From a bacterium (lineage in GTDB: Bacteria; Patescibacteriota; Dojkabacteria; GCA-016699595), in contig CP064982.1 in assembly GCA_016699595.1 (NCBI GenBank), positions 139,647 through 203,646 on the forward strand: a DNA stretch of 64,000 bases, read 5' to 3'. Made by a program: the position numbers and the translations under genes. The notes below the pieces were generated by a model. The model worked only from the letters and a program-made list of their open reading frames with translations, had not been told where the DNA came from and did no database searches. Below, piece after piece: positions 19,655 through 29,618 of the stretch (position 1 is its first letter; each line of letters starts with the position of its first letter).

Positions 19655-21019
19655 ATGGCAATTCAATCTGACCTTATATTATCAATAAATCAAATTGCTG
19701 CGGAAAGAGGTATAAATCCTGATGAGGTTATGAACTCTTTACTATATGCAATAGTATCAAATTATCAAGATATGCTCGGTTATACAGATAATATTGAAGC
19801 ATACTTTGATAGTAAAGAAGACAAAATCAAAGTTATTGCAAAAAAGGAAGTTGTTGACATTACAAATGATGATGCACATCAGATACCTTTGATCCAAGCT
19901 ATACTGATCAGGCCAAGTTCGAAAGTTGGTGAAATTATTGATGTTGATGTTAGTAAGGAAGGAGATTTTGGTAGAATTGCTGCTCAATCTGCTAGATCAA
20001 TACTTTATCAAAAAGTTCGTGATATTGAAAAGGACACTATACTGAAAACCTTTGAAGGTAGTATAGGAAGTATTGAAACGGGTGTTATTCAAAGAGTTGA
20101 ATTCAATAAAGAAACCAATGAGATTGAAAGAATCATCGTAGAAATTCGCAAGGCTCTAGCTACTATGAGGTCAGAAGACAAGATTCCAGGTGAAATTTAC
20201 AAATCAGGAAATAAAATAAAAGTTGTAATCAAATCAATAGAAGGTGAAAACGAAAATAGAAGGCTTATAGTAAGCAGAGGAGATAGCTTATTTTTGGAGG
20301 GGTTGTTCAAGTTGGAAGTTCCGGAAATTGAATCTGATACTGTAGAGATCAAAGCTGTAGCCAGAGAAGCAGGCTCAAGATCAAAAGTCGCAGTTTGGTC
20401 AAACGAGGCCGGTATTGATGCAATTGGCTCTTGTGTAGGTCAAAGAGGTGTAAGAATAAACAACATAACAAATGAGCTCAGATTTGGTAAATTTGAAGAG
20501 AAGGTAGATATCATACTGTGGGATCCAAATGATGATCTTTTCGTAGCAAACTCGCTTTCTCCAGCCCAAACAATCAAAGTTAAATATTTTGAGAATGGAG
20601 TTACCTGGGAGGAACTTTTGAAAGCGGCGAAAAAGATTGATAAGACTACCTATGTTACCAATACAAACAATGATGAAGAAACTCCTATCGAAGAAGAAGT
20701 CGTAGACCAAGCAGAAAAAGCTGAAGCAGAAGGGATTCAAATATCTGATAACACAGATTCTACGCAAAAAATTGATAATTCATTTGAACTATATGAATAT
20801 GAAGGATTTTTGATTAGTAAGCCAAATGATGTCCAGTTGACTGATTTTGCAATTGAACCAAATACAGCGAAAGTTATCGTGCCAGACGAACAATTATCCT
20901 TAGCAATTGGGAAGGAAGGACAAAATGCACGGCTTGCTGCAAGACTTACAGGTATAAAAATTGATATACAAGGTGAAACACAACAAGTCGAAACCAATCA
21001 AAATGTGAATGTTTTGTAA
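19655..21019 (+). CDS. nusA: Transcription termination/antitermination factor NusA
   Basis: 454 aa. N-terminal NusA domain, an S1 domain and KH domains (…[18 protein letters not shown]…). Confidence 0.9.
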   Translation: MAIQSDLILSINQIAAERGINPDEVMNSLLYAIVSNYQDMLGYTDNIEAYFDSKEDKIKVIAKKEVVDITNDDAHQIPLIQAILIRPSSKVGEIIDVDVSKEGDFGRIAAQSARSILYQKVRDIEKDTILKTFEGSIGSIETGVIQRVEFNKETNEIERIIVEIRKALATMRSEDKIPGEIYKSGNKIKVVIKSIEGENENRRLIVSRGDSLFLEGLFKLEVPEIESDTVEIKAVAREAGSRSKVAVWSNEAGIDAIGSCVGQRGVRINNITNELRFGKFEEKVDIILWDPNDDLFVANSLSPAQTIKVKYFENGVTWEELLKAAKKIDKTTYVTNTNNDEETPIEEEVVDQAEKAEAEGIQISDNTDSTQKIDNSFELYEYEGFLISKPNDVQLTDFAIEPNTAKVIVPDEQLSLAIGKEGQNARLAARLTGIKIDIQGETQQVETNQNVNVL

Positions 21020-21021
21020 AT

Positions 21022-21037
21022 CCCTACTCGAGTAGGG
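21022..21037. repeat. Perfect 16-bp palindrome CCCTACTCGAGTAGGG (hairpin) between the nusA stop and tRNA-Glu
   Basis: Read directly from the sequence. It starts 2 bp after the nusA stop and ends 3 bp before the tRNA. No T-run follows it. Confidence 0.6.
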
Positions 21038-21040
21038 TGA

Positions 21041-21112
21041 GGCTTCATCGTCTAACGGTTAGGACGCCGCCTTCTCAAGGCAGAAATCGGAGTTCGATTC
21101 TCCGTGGAGCTA
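21041..21112 (+). tRNA. tRNA-Glu (anticodon CUC)
   Basis: Cloverleaf fit to tRNA-Glu: acceptor GGCTTCA/TGAGGCT-type with G-U pairs, D stem GTCT/GGAC, anticodon stem CCGCC/GGCAG with loop TTCTCAA (anticodon CTC), and T arm CGGAG-TTCGATT-CTCCG. Arm lengths match E. coli tRNA-Glu. No CCA is encoded. Confidence 0.8.
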
Positions 21113-21418
21113 ATTTTGGAAAACAAACCATTTCCTGGAAATAAGTTATTCGATAAAAAATAAGTCAGAAATAACATCATATCCAAGATCTAGTATGTAT
21201 ATTTAAATTGAGATAATGTTTTATATTAGGTTCGTTACTACAATATCCAAAGATATTTATGAATCACAAATTTTGTTGATGACAAATACAGTTGATTATT
21301 TTCCATTTGTATATATTTCAGAAATAATCACGTAATCTTTTTAAGGTCTTTTAGAATAATTGATACAAAAAACTATGTTGGTAATAGCATTTGATGTAGC
21401 TAATTAAACAATCCCAAA

Positions 21419-23185
21419 ATGTTTTTGATGATTGCAAATCAAACAAAAAAATTCTTTCATAAAATAGATACTGAAAGCACTTTGATGTTGTCAATTTCTA
21501 TGATGATAATAAGTATCAGCACTAAGCTCATAGGTTTGGTAAACCAGGTACTTTTGATAAATAAGCTTGGTACAAGTTCGACGGATTTTGCAATTTACAA
21601 TATTGCTTCTATTATTCCAGAATTTCTAAGTTCTGTTATCTTTCTGGGGTCAATCACAGCTGCGGTGATCCCTACTCTAAATTCTGTGAGAGCTAGAAAA
21701 GGAGATACTGAGTTTACAAAAGTGTTTCAAGATGGTTTAAGGTTTCTCTCTTTCATTTATGTTGTATTAGCTGTGATTATTATTATATTCATTCCTCTAT
21801 TTTTGCCTGCATTGTTAGGAGAAAGAACCTTTTCGACTGATGATATTTCCAAAGTAATTTTATATACAAGGTTGCTTTTGATCCCTCAAATTATACTAGG
21901 TATATCGGCCTATTTTATGGCAGGCTTACAAACACTATACAAATTCATTGTCCCACAACTTACAGGTTTGATATATAACCTAGGTATTTTGATTGGAATA
22001 GTTCTTTTTTTGAATAACTTCAATAATTTGATTGCTCTGTTTTTGGGTTCTTTGATTGCATCGTTGTTACATTTAACTATTCAGCTCCCTCAAATCAAAG
22101 AAGAAAAACTTCTTCAAAAAATACATAATGAATCATTTGAAAAAATTAGTCATTTCAAAACTAAGTTCAAAAGTTTTATAGGACTTACTTCTGAGACTCT
22201 TAGTATGGCAAAATTGGGTATACCTAGAATGCTTGGAGTTGCATCAAATCAGGTACTTTTTTCTGCGGAGAAGTTAATAGTCCAAAATATATCTGTAAAT
22301 GCAGTAAACCAACTAAGAGGAGCTAGTTCACTTGTAAATATTCCCTTTTCGATGATAGTTTATACATTCTCCATAGTAGCATTATCAAAGATGTCTAGAG
22401 AATTTGCCAATGGACATATGCAAAAAGTAAAAGAAGTTTTTCTAACCTTGTTTAGCCAAGTGATGTATCTATCTATACCTGTTGCAGCGATTTTGATAGT
22501 TCTCCGAGTTCCGTTGGTTCGTATGACTTACGGAATGTATCCAAGTAATCCATTGCCATGGATTGATACTTTGTCTATAGCCTGGATAATCATGTTTTAT
22601 GCCGTTGGCTTGATATTTGTAATTGCAAACACTTTGTTTTCTCAACTTTTTTTTGCCACGAAAAGAACTTTGCTGCCATTCCTTATCAATCTTTTTATTG
22701 TGTTTTTTGGAATACTCTTAGCAATAGGCTTTACAAACTTCTTCTCACACAGTGACACATTGGTATTTAGTAGTATAAATTGGGATTTGTCCAATTTTGG
22801 CAAATCTCTGCATGTCACAAGCGAAGGAAATCCTGGACTTGCTGCTATTGGGGGTGTAGGTTTGGCTAGTTCACTTGTGAATTTTTTTGCATTCTTTATA
22901 TTTCTTTATTTCATCAACAAAAAAATCTTTGTGCTAGGCAAAAAAGAGTTTTGGATAACTCTTGTCAATAAGTTTTCAACTGGAGTTTTGATGACTTTCA
23001 GTATGTTCTGGGTATCAAAATTTTACGAAGTAAGCTATGCGACGGAAACAGTATGGGAATTACTGATATCTACCTCTATTACAATGATTGTAGGGTTGCT
23101 GATATACTTTGTTAGTGGATATTTTTTCAGAATAGAAGAGACATACTATCTAACGAACAAATTGAAGCGATTGTTGAAACTTTAG
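21419..23185 (+). CDS. murJ: MOP-superfamily polytopic flippase, MurJ/MviN-like (lipid II flippase candidate)
   Basis: 588 aa, about 14 predicted TM helices, MurJ-like size and hydropathy. The assignment is by architecture, not by a definitive motif. Confidence 0.5.
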   Translation: MFLMIANQTKKFFHKIDTESTLMLSISMMIISISTKLIGLVNQVLLINKLGTSSTDFAIYNIASIIPEFLSSVIFLGSITAAVIPTLNSVRARKGDTEFTKVFQDGLRFLSFIYVVLAVIIIIFIPLFLPALLGERTFSTDDISKVILYTRLLLIPQIILGISAYFMAGLQTLYKFIVPQLTGLIYNLGILIGIVLFLNNFNNLIALFLGSLIASLLHLTIQLPQIKEEKLLQKIHNESFEKISHFKTKFKSFIGLTSETLSMAKLGIPRMLGVASNQVLFSAEKLIVQNISVNAVNQLRGASSLVNIPFSMIVYTFSIVALSKMSREFANGHMQKVKEVFLTLFSQVMYLSIPVAAILIVLRVPLVRMTYGMYPSNPLPWIDTLSIAWIIMFYAVGLIFVIANTLFSQLFFATKRTLLPFLINLFIVFFGILLAIGFTNFFSHSDTLVFSSINWDLSNFGKSLHVTSEGNPGLAAIGGVGLASSLVNFFAFFIFLYFINKKIFVLGKKEFWITLVNKFSTGVLMTFSMFWVSKFYEVSYATETVWELLISTSITMIVGLLIYFVSGYFFRIEETYYLTNKLKRLLKL

Positions 23186-23278
23186 TTTTTGTTTCAGATT
23201 TATTTGTAAAAGTGAGAAATGTTTATTATAATCAGTGGAGTTAACTATATGACAAATTAAATTATTAAATAAAAGAAA

Positions 23279-23455
23279 ATGGGAGCATTACCAAAACGAA
23301 AAACATCAAAATCAAGGACCTTGAAACGAAGATCAGTTGACAAAATTTCTCTACCACAACTTGTTGTAGAAAATGTAAGCAAAACAAAGACTTTGCCTCA
23401 CAGAGCGTCATCTGCAGGTATCTACAAAGGTAAGAAGGTATTCAAGGTAAAATAG
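23279..23455 (+). CDS. rpmF: 50S ribosomal protein L32
   Basis: 58 aa, MGALPKRKTSKSRTLKRRS…; an L32-like N-terminus. It is below the ORF-track length cut-off and was found by reading the intergenic region. Confidence 0.75.
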   Translation: MGALPKRKTSKSRTLKRRSVDKISLPQLVVENVSKTKTLPHRASSAGIYKGKKVFKVK

Positions 23456-23463
23456 TCCTTCAC

Positions 23464-23910
23464 ATGGCAAAACCTCTTCATCTAAGACATAAGACTAGAG
23501 TTCTTCTTTTGCAAAAGTTATTTGAAAGATATGTCAAGAATAAATCTATACAGGTTTTTGACCAATCAGATATAGATTTTCAGTCACTACTTCAGATAAA
23601 TGGGTTTCAAGATTATGCAAAAGAACTGTATGAGAAACTATCTTCATGTGTAAGCAAAAATCTTGCAACAATTGATTCAAAGATTCAGGTTTATTCTACT
23701 GAGCGAAACATTGACACTTTGCCCTTGATAGACATTTGTATATTGCGAATAGCTGTTTGTGAAAAGTATTTCGCAAGAACAGCTGAAGATAAAGTCATCA
23801 TAAATGAGGCGATTGAGTTGGCAAAGGAATTTGGAGGAATTGAAGACGGAGCCTTTGTAAATGCCATACTCGACAATATGTTCAAAAAAGAAGCTAAGGT
23901 AACAAGTTGA
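23464..23910 (+). CDS. nusB: Transcription antitermination factor NusB-like
   Basis: 148 aa, all-alpha, NusB-like length and conserved basic/aromatic positions (…RVLLLQKLFE…, …AILRIAV…). Confidence 0.65.
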   Translation: MAKPLHLRHKTRVLLLQKLFERYVKNKSIQVFDQSDIDFQSLLQINGFQDYAKELYEKLSSCVSKNLATIDSKIQVYSTERNIDTLPLIDICILRIAVCEKYFARTAEDKVIINEAIELAKEFGGIEDGAFVNAILDNMFKKEAKVTS

Positions 23911-24119
23911 TAATGATTCCGCATGCTAAAAGTTTTTGAGCAGTGTAACATTAATTATTTGTGAGTATGATTTAATCTTCCTAGTCCCTTTATTCAAAGT
24001 TTCGTCCTTGGCGGTCAAGATTGAATTTCGATAGAGGATTTAACCAACTATTACATATCTCAAAATTCTTATAAAATATAAGTTTCGCAGATAAAAAGTA
24101 TACTAAAACACAACTACAA

Positions 24120-24806
24120 ATGAAAGACACTTTGCAAAAACTCAATCACATTCTGGGAATTGAAATAAAAAATCATCAAATATTTCTAGATGCACTTACA
24201 CATAGATCATACTTGAATGAACACAAGAATGAAAACCCGAATTCAAATGAAAGACTAGAATTTCTTGGTGATGCTGTTTTGGAATTACTTACTTCAGAAT
24301 TTTTGTTTGAAAAGTTTCCTGACAAACAAGAAGGAGAATTGACTTCGTTTAGAGCTTCGCTAGTTAGAACTGAGATACTAGCCGAGGTAACGAAAGAGCT
24401 TGAGCTACACAAGTTTTTGAGAATGGGTAGATCAGAAGATGTTGAGAAAGTATCTGTTGCTATACTAGCAGATATGTTTGAAGCTTTGATTGGTGCTATT
24501 TTTGTAGATTTAGGTATTGACAAAGTGAAGGCTTTCTTGAGCAAAAACTTATTTCTTAGGATAGATGATATAGTTGCGAAAAACTTGTTCACAGATCCAA
24601 AAACATACTATCAATCTTATATTCAAGAAAAAGAGAAATTCACACCTACATACTCAATTATTTCAGAAAAAGGCAAAGATCATGACAAAGAATTCACCGC
24701 TGGAGTATATGTAAATGGTGAGCTTAGAGGCGTTGGTTTGGGTAGATCAAAACAATCTGCAGAAACTGAGGCAGCAAGAGTGGCAGTGGATGGTTTGATT
24801 ATATAA
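24120..24806 (+). CDS. rnc: Ribonuclease III
   Basis: 228 aa. RNase III signature ERLEFLGDAVLEL and a C-terminal dsRBD. Confidence 0.9.
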   Translation: MKDTLQKLNHILGIEIKNHQIFLDALTHRSYLNEHKNENPNSNERLEFLGDAVLELLTSEFLFEKFPDKQEGELTSFRASLVRTEILAEVTKELELHKFLRMGRSEDVEKVSVAILADMFEALIGAIFVDLGIDKVKAFLSKNLFLRIDDIVAKNLFTDPKTYYQSYIQEKEKFTPTYSIISEKGKDHDKEFTAGVYVNGELRGVGLGRSKQSAETEAARVAVDGLII

Positions 24807-24991
24807 TTTGTTCGTAGTTTAGATGCATAATCACTTAATATATAGTATGATTATCATCATTTTAATAATGCTCTTTTTTTGATTTGATGAGTTTGAGTTT
24901 TGTGTTATAATTCAAAATCGGTACACCAGAAAGTATCCCTCATATTATTTAGTACCCTACTCCTGAAGGGTTATTATCTTTTATAACACAT

Positions 24992-25291
24992 ATGCTAAAA
25001 ATACGACTAATGCGTTTCGGAAAAAAACGAGACCCACATTATAGAATAATTGTAACAGAAGCAAGATCACCAAGACAAGGTTGGTATACTGACCAAGTAG
25101 GAACCTACTACCCTATGACAAATCCTGCAACTGTAAATCTTGATAAAGACAAGGTCAAAGAGTGGATGAGTAAAGGTGCACAGCCAACCGAAACTGTTTA
25201 CGATATACTTGCGAAAGCTGGAGTTCTAACTCCAAAAAAGCAAGGAGAGAAAACGACACAAAAAAAATCTGATAAAAAGAAAAAAAGGTAG
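24992..25291 (+). CDS. rpsP: 30S ribosomal protein S16 with a Lys-rich C-terminal tail
   Basis: 99 aa. [21 protein letters not shown]… is a canonical S16 N-terminus. Confidence 0.9.
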   Translation: MLKIRLMRFGKKRDPHYRIIVTEARSPRQGWYTDQVGTYYPMTNPATVNLDKDKVKEWMSKGAQPTETVYDILAKAGVLTPKKQGEKTTQKKSDKKKKR

Positions 25292-25336
25292 GAAAGATCA
25301 TAAACTGCAAAAATAAACATCAAAAAGAGGCTTATT

Positions 25337-25735
25337 TTGAAGTCTCTTTTTTGTTATCATTCCTGCGTGATAAGCAAACAAATTGGTTACTTAGGAGAGA
25401 AGCTGGCTGCCGAATACTTGCAAAAACTCCAATACCAAATTCTTCAAACAAACTTCACTGCACTTGGTGGCGAAATTGACATAATTGCTATGAAGGATGA
25501 GTCTTATAGATTCATAGAAGTGAAAACTTCAGCCAATTCAATTGTCAAGCCTGTTGAAATGATCAGTCGAAAAAAAATAGTGCATCTTAGACATATAGCA
25601 ACTGTATGGCTTACTCGTAATGGAAAAAGTATCTACGATGATAACTTTGGATTTGACTTTGTAGGCATAGAACTTGAAAGTCCATCTTTGCAAATAAAAT
25701 CTATTGAATTTATCAAGGATTTTTTGATAAACTAA
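25337..25735 (+). CDS. yraN: YraN/UPF0102 family endonuclease-like protein
   Basis: 132 aa. The pattern GE..A..YL…GY.IL..N…GEIDII…F.EVKT is typical of UPF0102. Confidence 0.7.
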   Translation: MKSLFCYHSCVISKQIGYLGEKLAAEYLQKLQYQILQTNFTALGGEIDIIAMKDESYRFIEVKTSANSIVKPVEMISRKKIVHLRHIATVWLTRNGKSIYDDNFGFDFVGIELESPSLQIKSIEFIKDFLIN

Positions 25736-25826
25736 CTTTGTGTTGTGAATTTCTAGCAATGTTAAATACTAATTGTTATTAATATTAACTTTGTTATGAA
25801 CAATTATTTAATTTATCCTTAACAAT

Positions 25827-27584
25827 ATGAATACAACAAACAATCCAGCCAAATCAAACAAAAGATTGGTATTTTTTGTAGTTGGCGCAGTTGCAATAGT
25901 ATTTTGTTGCATAATTTTTGCAATCGTTGCATCTGTTTCTACAAAATTATACAAAGAGAACTCAACTATCTCTAGCAAAGCAGTAGGAGATGATACCTTT
26001 GATCCAGATGCTTCTTTGGACTATTCAAATGTTAGTCAAGAACCATTTGTCAGTGGGCAATTTCTTCCAAAGGTAAATGGATTTGCATTCCAAAACTATG
26101 GAAATGAAAGCGGAATGCAAAATTTAACTCCAGCTCAAATGTATGATATGTTTGGCAAAAATGTATGTTTGAATGGTAGTAGAGAGAATTGCAAACTAAA
26201 TAATGTAGCAGAAACTTGGATGCTTGAAGTGAACAACAATTTGCAAATTGGTCATTGTGCTGGGTTTACTATTTTGAGTAACTTTATGAAGAGTGGATAT
26301 GTCTCACCTTCGAAATTTGGTGGTTCAAATGCATATGCCCTGTCTCAAAGTAACAAAGAATTGCAGTCAGAAATTGCTAAGTGGGCAAGCTATCAATTTA
26401 TTTCAAATAGTTATACACAGCCAATCAATTCAACTCCTGCAGAAGTTATAAATATACTTTCAAAACCATTTCCTGCAGATGGCTATATGTTACTTGTATT
26501 TCAACCAGGTTACAAGGCTGGTCATGCAGTTACACCAACTAGAGTTATAGATGCTGGATCAGGCAAGTATAAGATAGGTATTTATGACAACAATTTGCCA
26601 GGAATTGAAAGATATGTCGATGTAAATACAAGTTCAAATACATGGAGCTACTACGCTACAATAAATCCTGGTTATCCAGAGGCGGAATACTCGGGCGATG
26701 ACTTTACGCAAACATTACTCTTAGTTAGAACTGACTTGATGAAAAATAAACCAGACTGTGGAGATAAATGCGAGGTCTCACATAACTATTTGGAAGATGA
26801 AACTTCATCAGCAACATCAAAATCGACTAGTTCAAATTCTACAACTTCAGCTGACGAAGTAAACTTTGATAACGAACAAAAGTTAGCAATTGAGCATCAA
26901 ATCATTTTTTCTACGAATAATGAATTTGAAATTACTGATCCAAATGGTAATAGATTTACATACAAAAATGGAGAAATCGAAGACAAGAGTAATTCGATCT
27001 CATTTGTACCTATAGTTTCAGGAGTTTTATGGAATGACTCGCTACCTCCAGTTGTAAATTTGGAAAAAAGTGGTGTATATAAAATGAGAGTTTATAAGGG
27101 AGAAAAGAAATCTGCTGATTTTGCATATTTCAACAAAACATACGCATTCAAAATGCAAGAAAGTTTGATAATAGATGATTATGCTGATCTAAGTGTAGAT
27201 ACACAAACTATGACAGTAACAGTTGATACCAAAAGTATCAAACCAAATAATGTCGAAGTTGAGAATACTTACGATGACTATGATCAAACATTGAATTTCG
27301 AAGATATGGATTTCTATGATGATAGTTTTGAATTTAGCTTAGATAGTGAGAATAATGCAGAATATAGTATGGATGGATTAAAGGAGACTGAGCTTACAAT
27401 AGATAGATCATCTGCTGATGGTGACAATAGTTTGAAATACAATTTGAAGTTTAGCGAAGAAGAGGCTAGACAGATTGATCTATACATTCATAGTAGTGAC
27501 AATCCAATAATGTTTGAAGCGGATATGAAAGTTCTAAATATGGTCAAAGATTTAGAGAAACTGTTTGAAGAAATATATCCATAG
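25827..27584 (+). CDS. Membrane-anchored extracytoplasmic protein of unknown function, with a possible Cys/His pair
   Basis: 585 aa with an N-terminal TM anchor. The conserved-looking segments …QIGHCAGFTILSNF… and …GYKAGHAVTP… supply the possible Cys/His pair. The C-terminal half is acidic and low-complexity. Confidence 0.45.
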   Translation: MNTTNNPAKSNKRLVFFVVGAVAIVFCCIIFAIVASVSTKLYKENSTISSKAVGDDTFDPDASLDYSNVSQEPFVSGQFLPKVNGFAFQNYGNESGMQNLTPAQMYDMFGKNVCLNGSRENCKLNNVAETWMLEVNNNLQIGHCAGFTILSNFMKSGYVSPSKFGGSNAYALSQSNKELQSEIAKWASYQFISNSYTQPINSTPAEVINILSKPFPADGYMLLVFQPGYKAGHAVTPTRVIDAGSGKYKIGIYDNNLPGIERYVDVNTSSNTWSYYATINPGYPEAEYSGDDFTQTLLLVRTDLMKNKPDCGDKCEVSHNYLEDETSSATSKSTSSNSTTSADEVNFDNEQKLAIEHQIIFSTNNEFEITDPNGNRFTYKNGEIEDKSNSISFVPIVSGVLWNDSLPPVVNLEKSGVYKMRVYKGEKKSADFAYFNKTYAFKMQESLIIDDYADLSVDTQTMTVTVDTKSIKPNNVEVENTYDDYDQTLNFEDMDFYDDSFEFSLDSENNAEYSMDGLKETELTIDRSSADGDNSLKYNLKFSEEEARQIDLYIHSSDNPIMFEADMKVLNMVKDLEKLFEEIYP

Positions 27585-27590
27585 TATTTA

Positions 27591-28334
27591 TTGAAAAAAG
27601 TGAATAAAACTGCCACAGAAGACAAAAAGATCATTCTGATAACTGGAGCTACTGATGGTTTTGGTTTGTTAGTAGCTAAATTGATGTCTGAAGATGAAAA
27701 CTATAAAGTCGTTATCTGTGGCAGGAATATACATAGAGTTAGTAAAACAATGGTTCAACTAGGGATAGATGGCTATGTTTGTGATGTTCGATCTGATATT
27801 GATTGCCAAAACTTTGTCAATTTCGTTATTGAAAAGTATTCTAAGATAGATATACTTATCAATAATGCAGGTATCTTATTTGATGGAGACATTGATGAAA
27901 ATACATATGATGAAATAAGTATTCTTGTTGATACAAATATAAAAGGAGTTGAGTTTATGACCCATGCGGTTGTTCCATTTATGAAAATACAAAAGTCTGG
28001 CTACATAATTAATATTGGTTCACAATCAGGCTTGTATCATAGACATAAGCGAAGTTTATACAATTCTTCCAAATGGGCTGTGACCGGTTTTACGAAATGT
28101 TTGCAAGTTGATCTTGCTAAGTATGGCATCAGGGTAACTGGGTTTTACCCTGGACAGATGAAAACATCAATCTTCCAAAAGTCGCAATCGATCAATGATT
28201 TGAGCAAAGCTCTTGACCCACAGAAGGCAGCTGAAGTCTTGCGATACATTATCAAACTAGATTCGAGCATTCTTATACCAGAGATAGGTATCAAATCGCT
28301 ATCTCAAACTTCAACTGAAGAGATTTGTTATTAG
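27591..28334 (+). CDS. Short-chain dehydrogenase/reductase (SDR)
   Basis: 247 aa. TGATDGFG Rossmann motif, NNAG, and the catalytic S…YNSSK triad. Confidence 0.8.
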   Translation: MKKVNKTATEDKKIILITGATDGFGLLVAKLMSEDENYKVVICGRNIHRVSKTMVQLGIDGYVCDVRSDIDCQNFVNFVIEKYSKIDILINNAGILFDGDIDENTYDEISILVDTNIKGVEFMTHAVVPFMKIQKSGYIINIGSQSGLYHRHKRSLYNSSKWAVTGFTKCLQVDLAKYGIRVTGFYPGQMKTSIFQKSQSINDLSKALDPQKAAEVLRYIIKLDSSILIPEIGIKSLSQTSTEEICY

Positions 28335-28354
28335 TTATTATTTTATAGTAAAGT

Positions 28355-29527
28355 TTAATATATTTCTAATTCGACATTGTCCTTATTCCAAATATCTTTC
28401 ACTTCATCAATTAGCTTCCACTGGAATGCAAGTTCTTCTACTGACACAAAGAAATTACAATTTACTTTATTGCAATCCAATAGTTTTTGCAACAAAAAGT
28501 GGTATTCATTACTTACTGCACTATCATTTTTGAAATTGTAAATGAAGTTTTCGCTATTTGTGAATTTAAATATTATATTCGTTTTAGTTGCATTTAGTCT
28601 CTTACCAGATCGAATCACAAACTTTATATTTTGAAACTTGTCTGATCTAAAAGTTACTTCAAAGTAAGTTTCTGTTTGAGAACTTTTCTCGATATTTTCA
28701 ATATCAGTATACTCTTTGTACTGACCTCTTTTGCTAGATGAATAGTGTAAATCCGAAATAGCTTTGGCTCTAAGTCGTGCATAGTTTTCAAAATCAAAGT
28801 CTTTCGTAGTTATTTGAATCATTGCCAAAACCTCAAGTAAATGGTTTTGTCCTACATCAACCAAAGCTCCTACTTTGTCATAAAATTCAGCTCGTTTCTC
28901 AACTCCAAATTGCTCCAAAATTTCAACTTCTATACGAGTCAAATTCTTTCTATTCATAATGTCCCTAAAAACTTGTCTTGTATCATCGTCAAACAAAACT
29001 TTATTCAATTTGGGCTTACCAAGATAATGATCCACTCTATAAATATTATTTTCATCAAATAATTGTGAAAGTTTCGCATTCAAAACTTGGCAAGAATGAC
29101 TGTCAAGTCCAAATGGTTTTTCCAATACGATTGATGAATTAACTAGTTTTTCTTTGAGAACTTCCAAGTTGGTCAATGTTCGCAAGTAATTCTGTGGGGG
29201 AATTGATAGATAAAATATATTTTGACTCAATGGGTCTATCAAATTGCCCAAATCTCTGTAGTTAGCTTGGTTTGAAGAATCTGTTTGTAGATATTTGAAA
29301 GTCATGAGAAAGTTATGCAATACCTTTTGATCTACTTTTTTGAAATAACTCTTAATTGAATTTTTCAATATATCATCAAGTTCTTCTTTTGATTTCTGAC
29401 TACGACCTATTGCAAAAAACTTTGTTTCTAAGAAATGACATTCTTCAAACAACTGAAACAAGGCAGGAATGATTTTGAGTTTTGCATGATCTCCGGTAGC
29501 CCCAAAGAAAAAGAAGTTTCTTGACAT
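28355..29527 (-). CDS. zwf: Glucose-6-phosphate dehydrogenase-like protein, about 100 aa shorter than canonical Zwf
   Basis: 390 aa. Carries the three G6PD signatures: FFGATGDHAKLKIIPALF (NADP site), EKPFGLD and RVDHYLGK. Confidence 0.6.
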   Translation of the reverse strand: MSRNFFFFGATGDHAKLKIIPALFQLFEECHFLETKFFAIGRSQKSKEELDDILKNSIKSYFKKVDQKVLHNFLMTFKYLQTDSSNQANYRDLGNLIDPLSQNIFYLSIPPQNYLRTLTNLEVLKEKLVNSSIVLEKPFGLDSHSCQVLNAKLSQLFDENNIYRVDHYLGKPKLNKVLFDDDTRQVFRDIMNRKNLTRIEVEILEQFGVEKRAEFYDKVGALVDVGQNHLLEVLAMIQITTKDFDFENYARLRAKAISDLHYSSSKRGQYKEYTDIENIEKSSQTETYFEVTFRSDKFQNIKFVIRSGKRLNATKTNIIFKFTNSENFIYNFKNDSAVSNEYHFLLQKLLDCNKVNCNFFVSVEELAFQWKLIDEVKDIWNKDNVELEIY

Positions 29528-29618
29528 AATAATAGTAGATTATCTTATATAAAGTAATCAAAAGGTTGAAAATAAAGTATATCATAAACTTCAAGTTTGT
29601 ATTTGTTATAATAATTAC

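Noticed and set aside
21041-21112. Alternative reading of the tRNA as tRNA-Gly or tRNA-Asp, or with anticodon UUC
   Set aside because: Aligning the arms to the canonical cloverleaf puts CTC at positions 34-36 (loop TTCTCAA). The acceptor needs two G-U pairs, but the other registers are worse.
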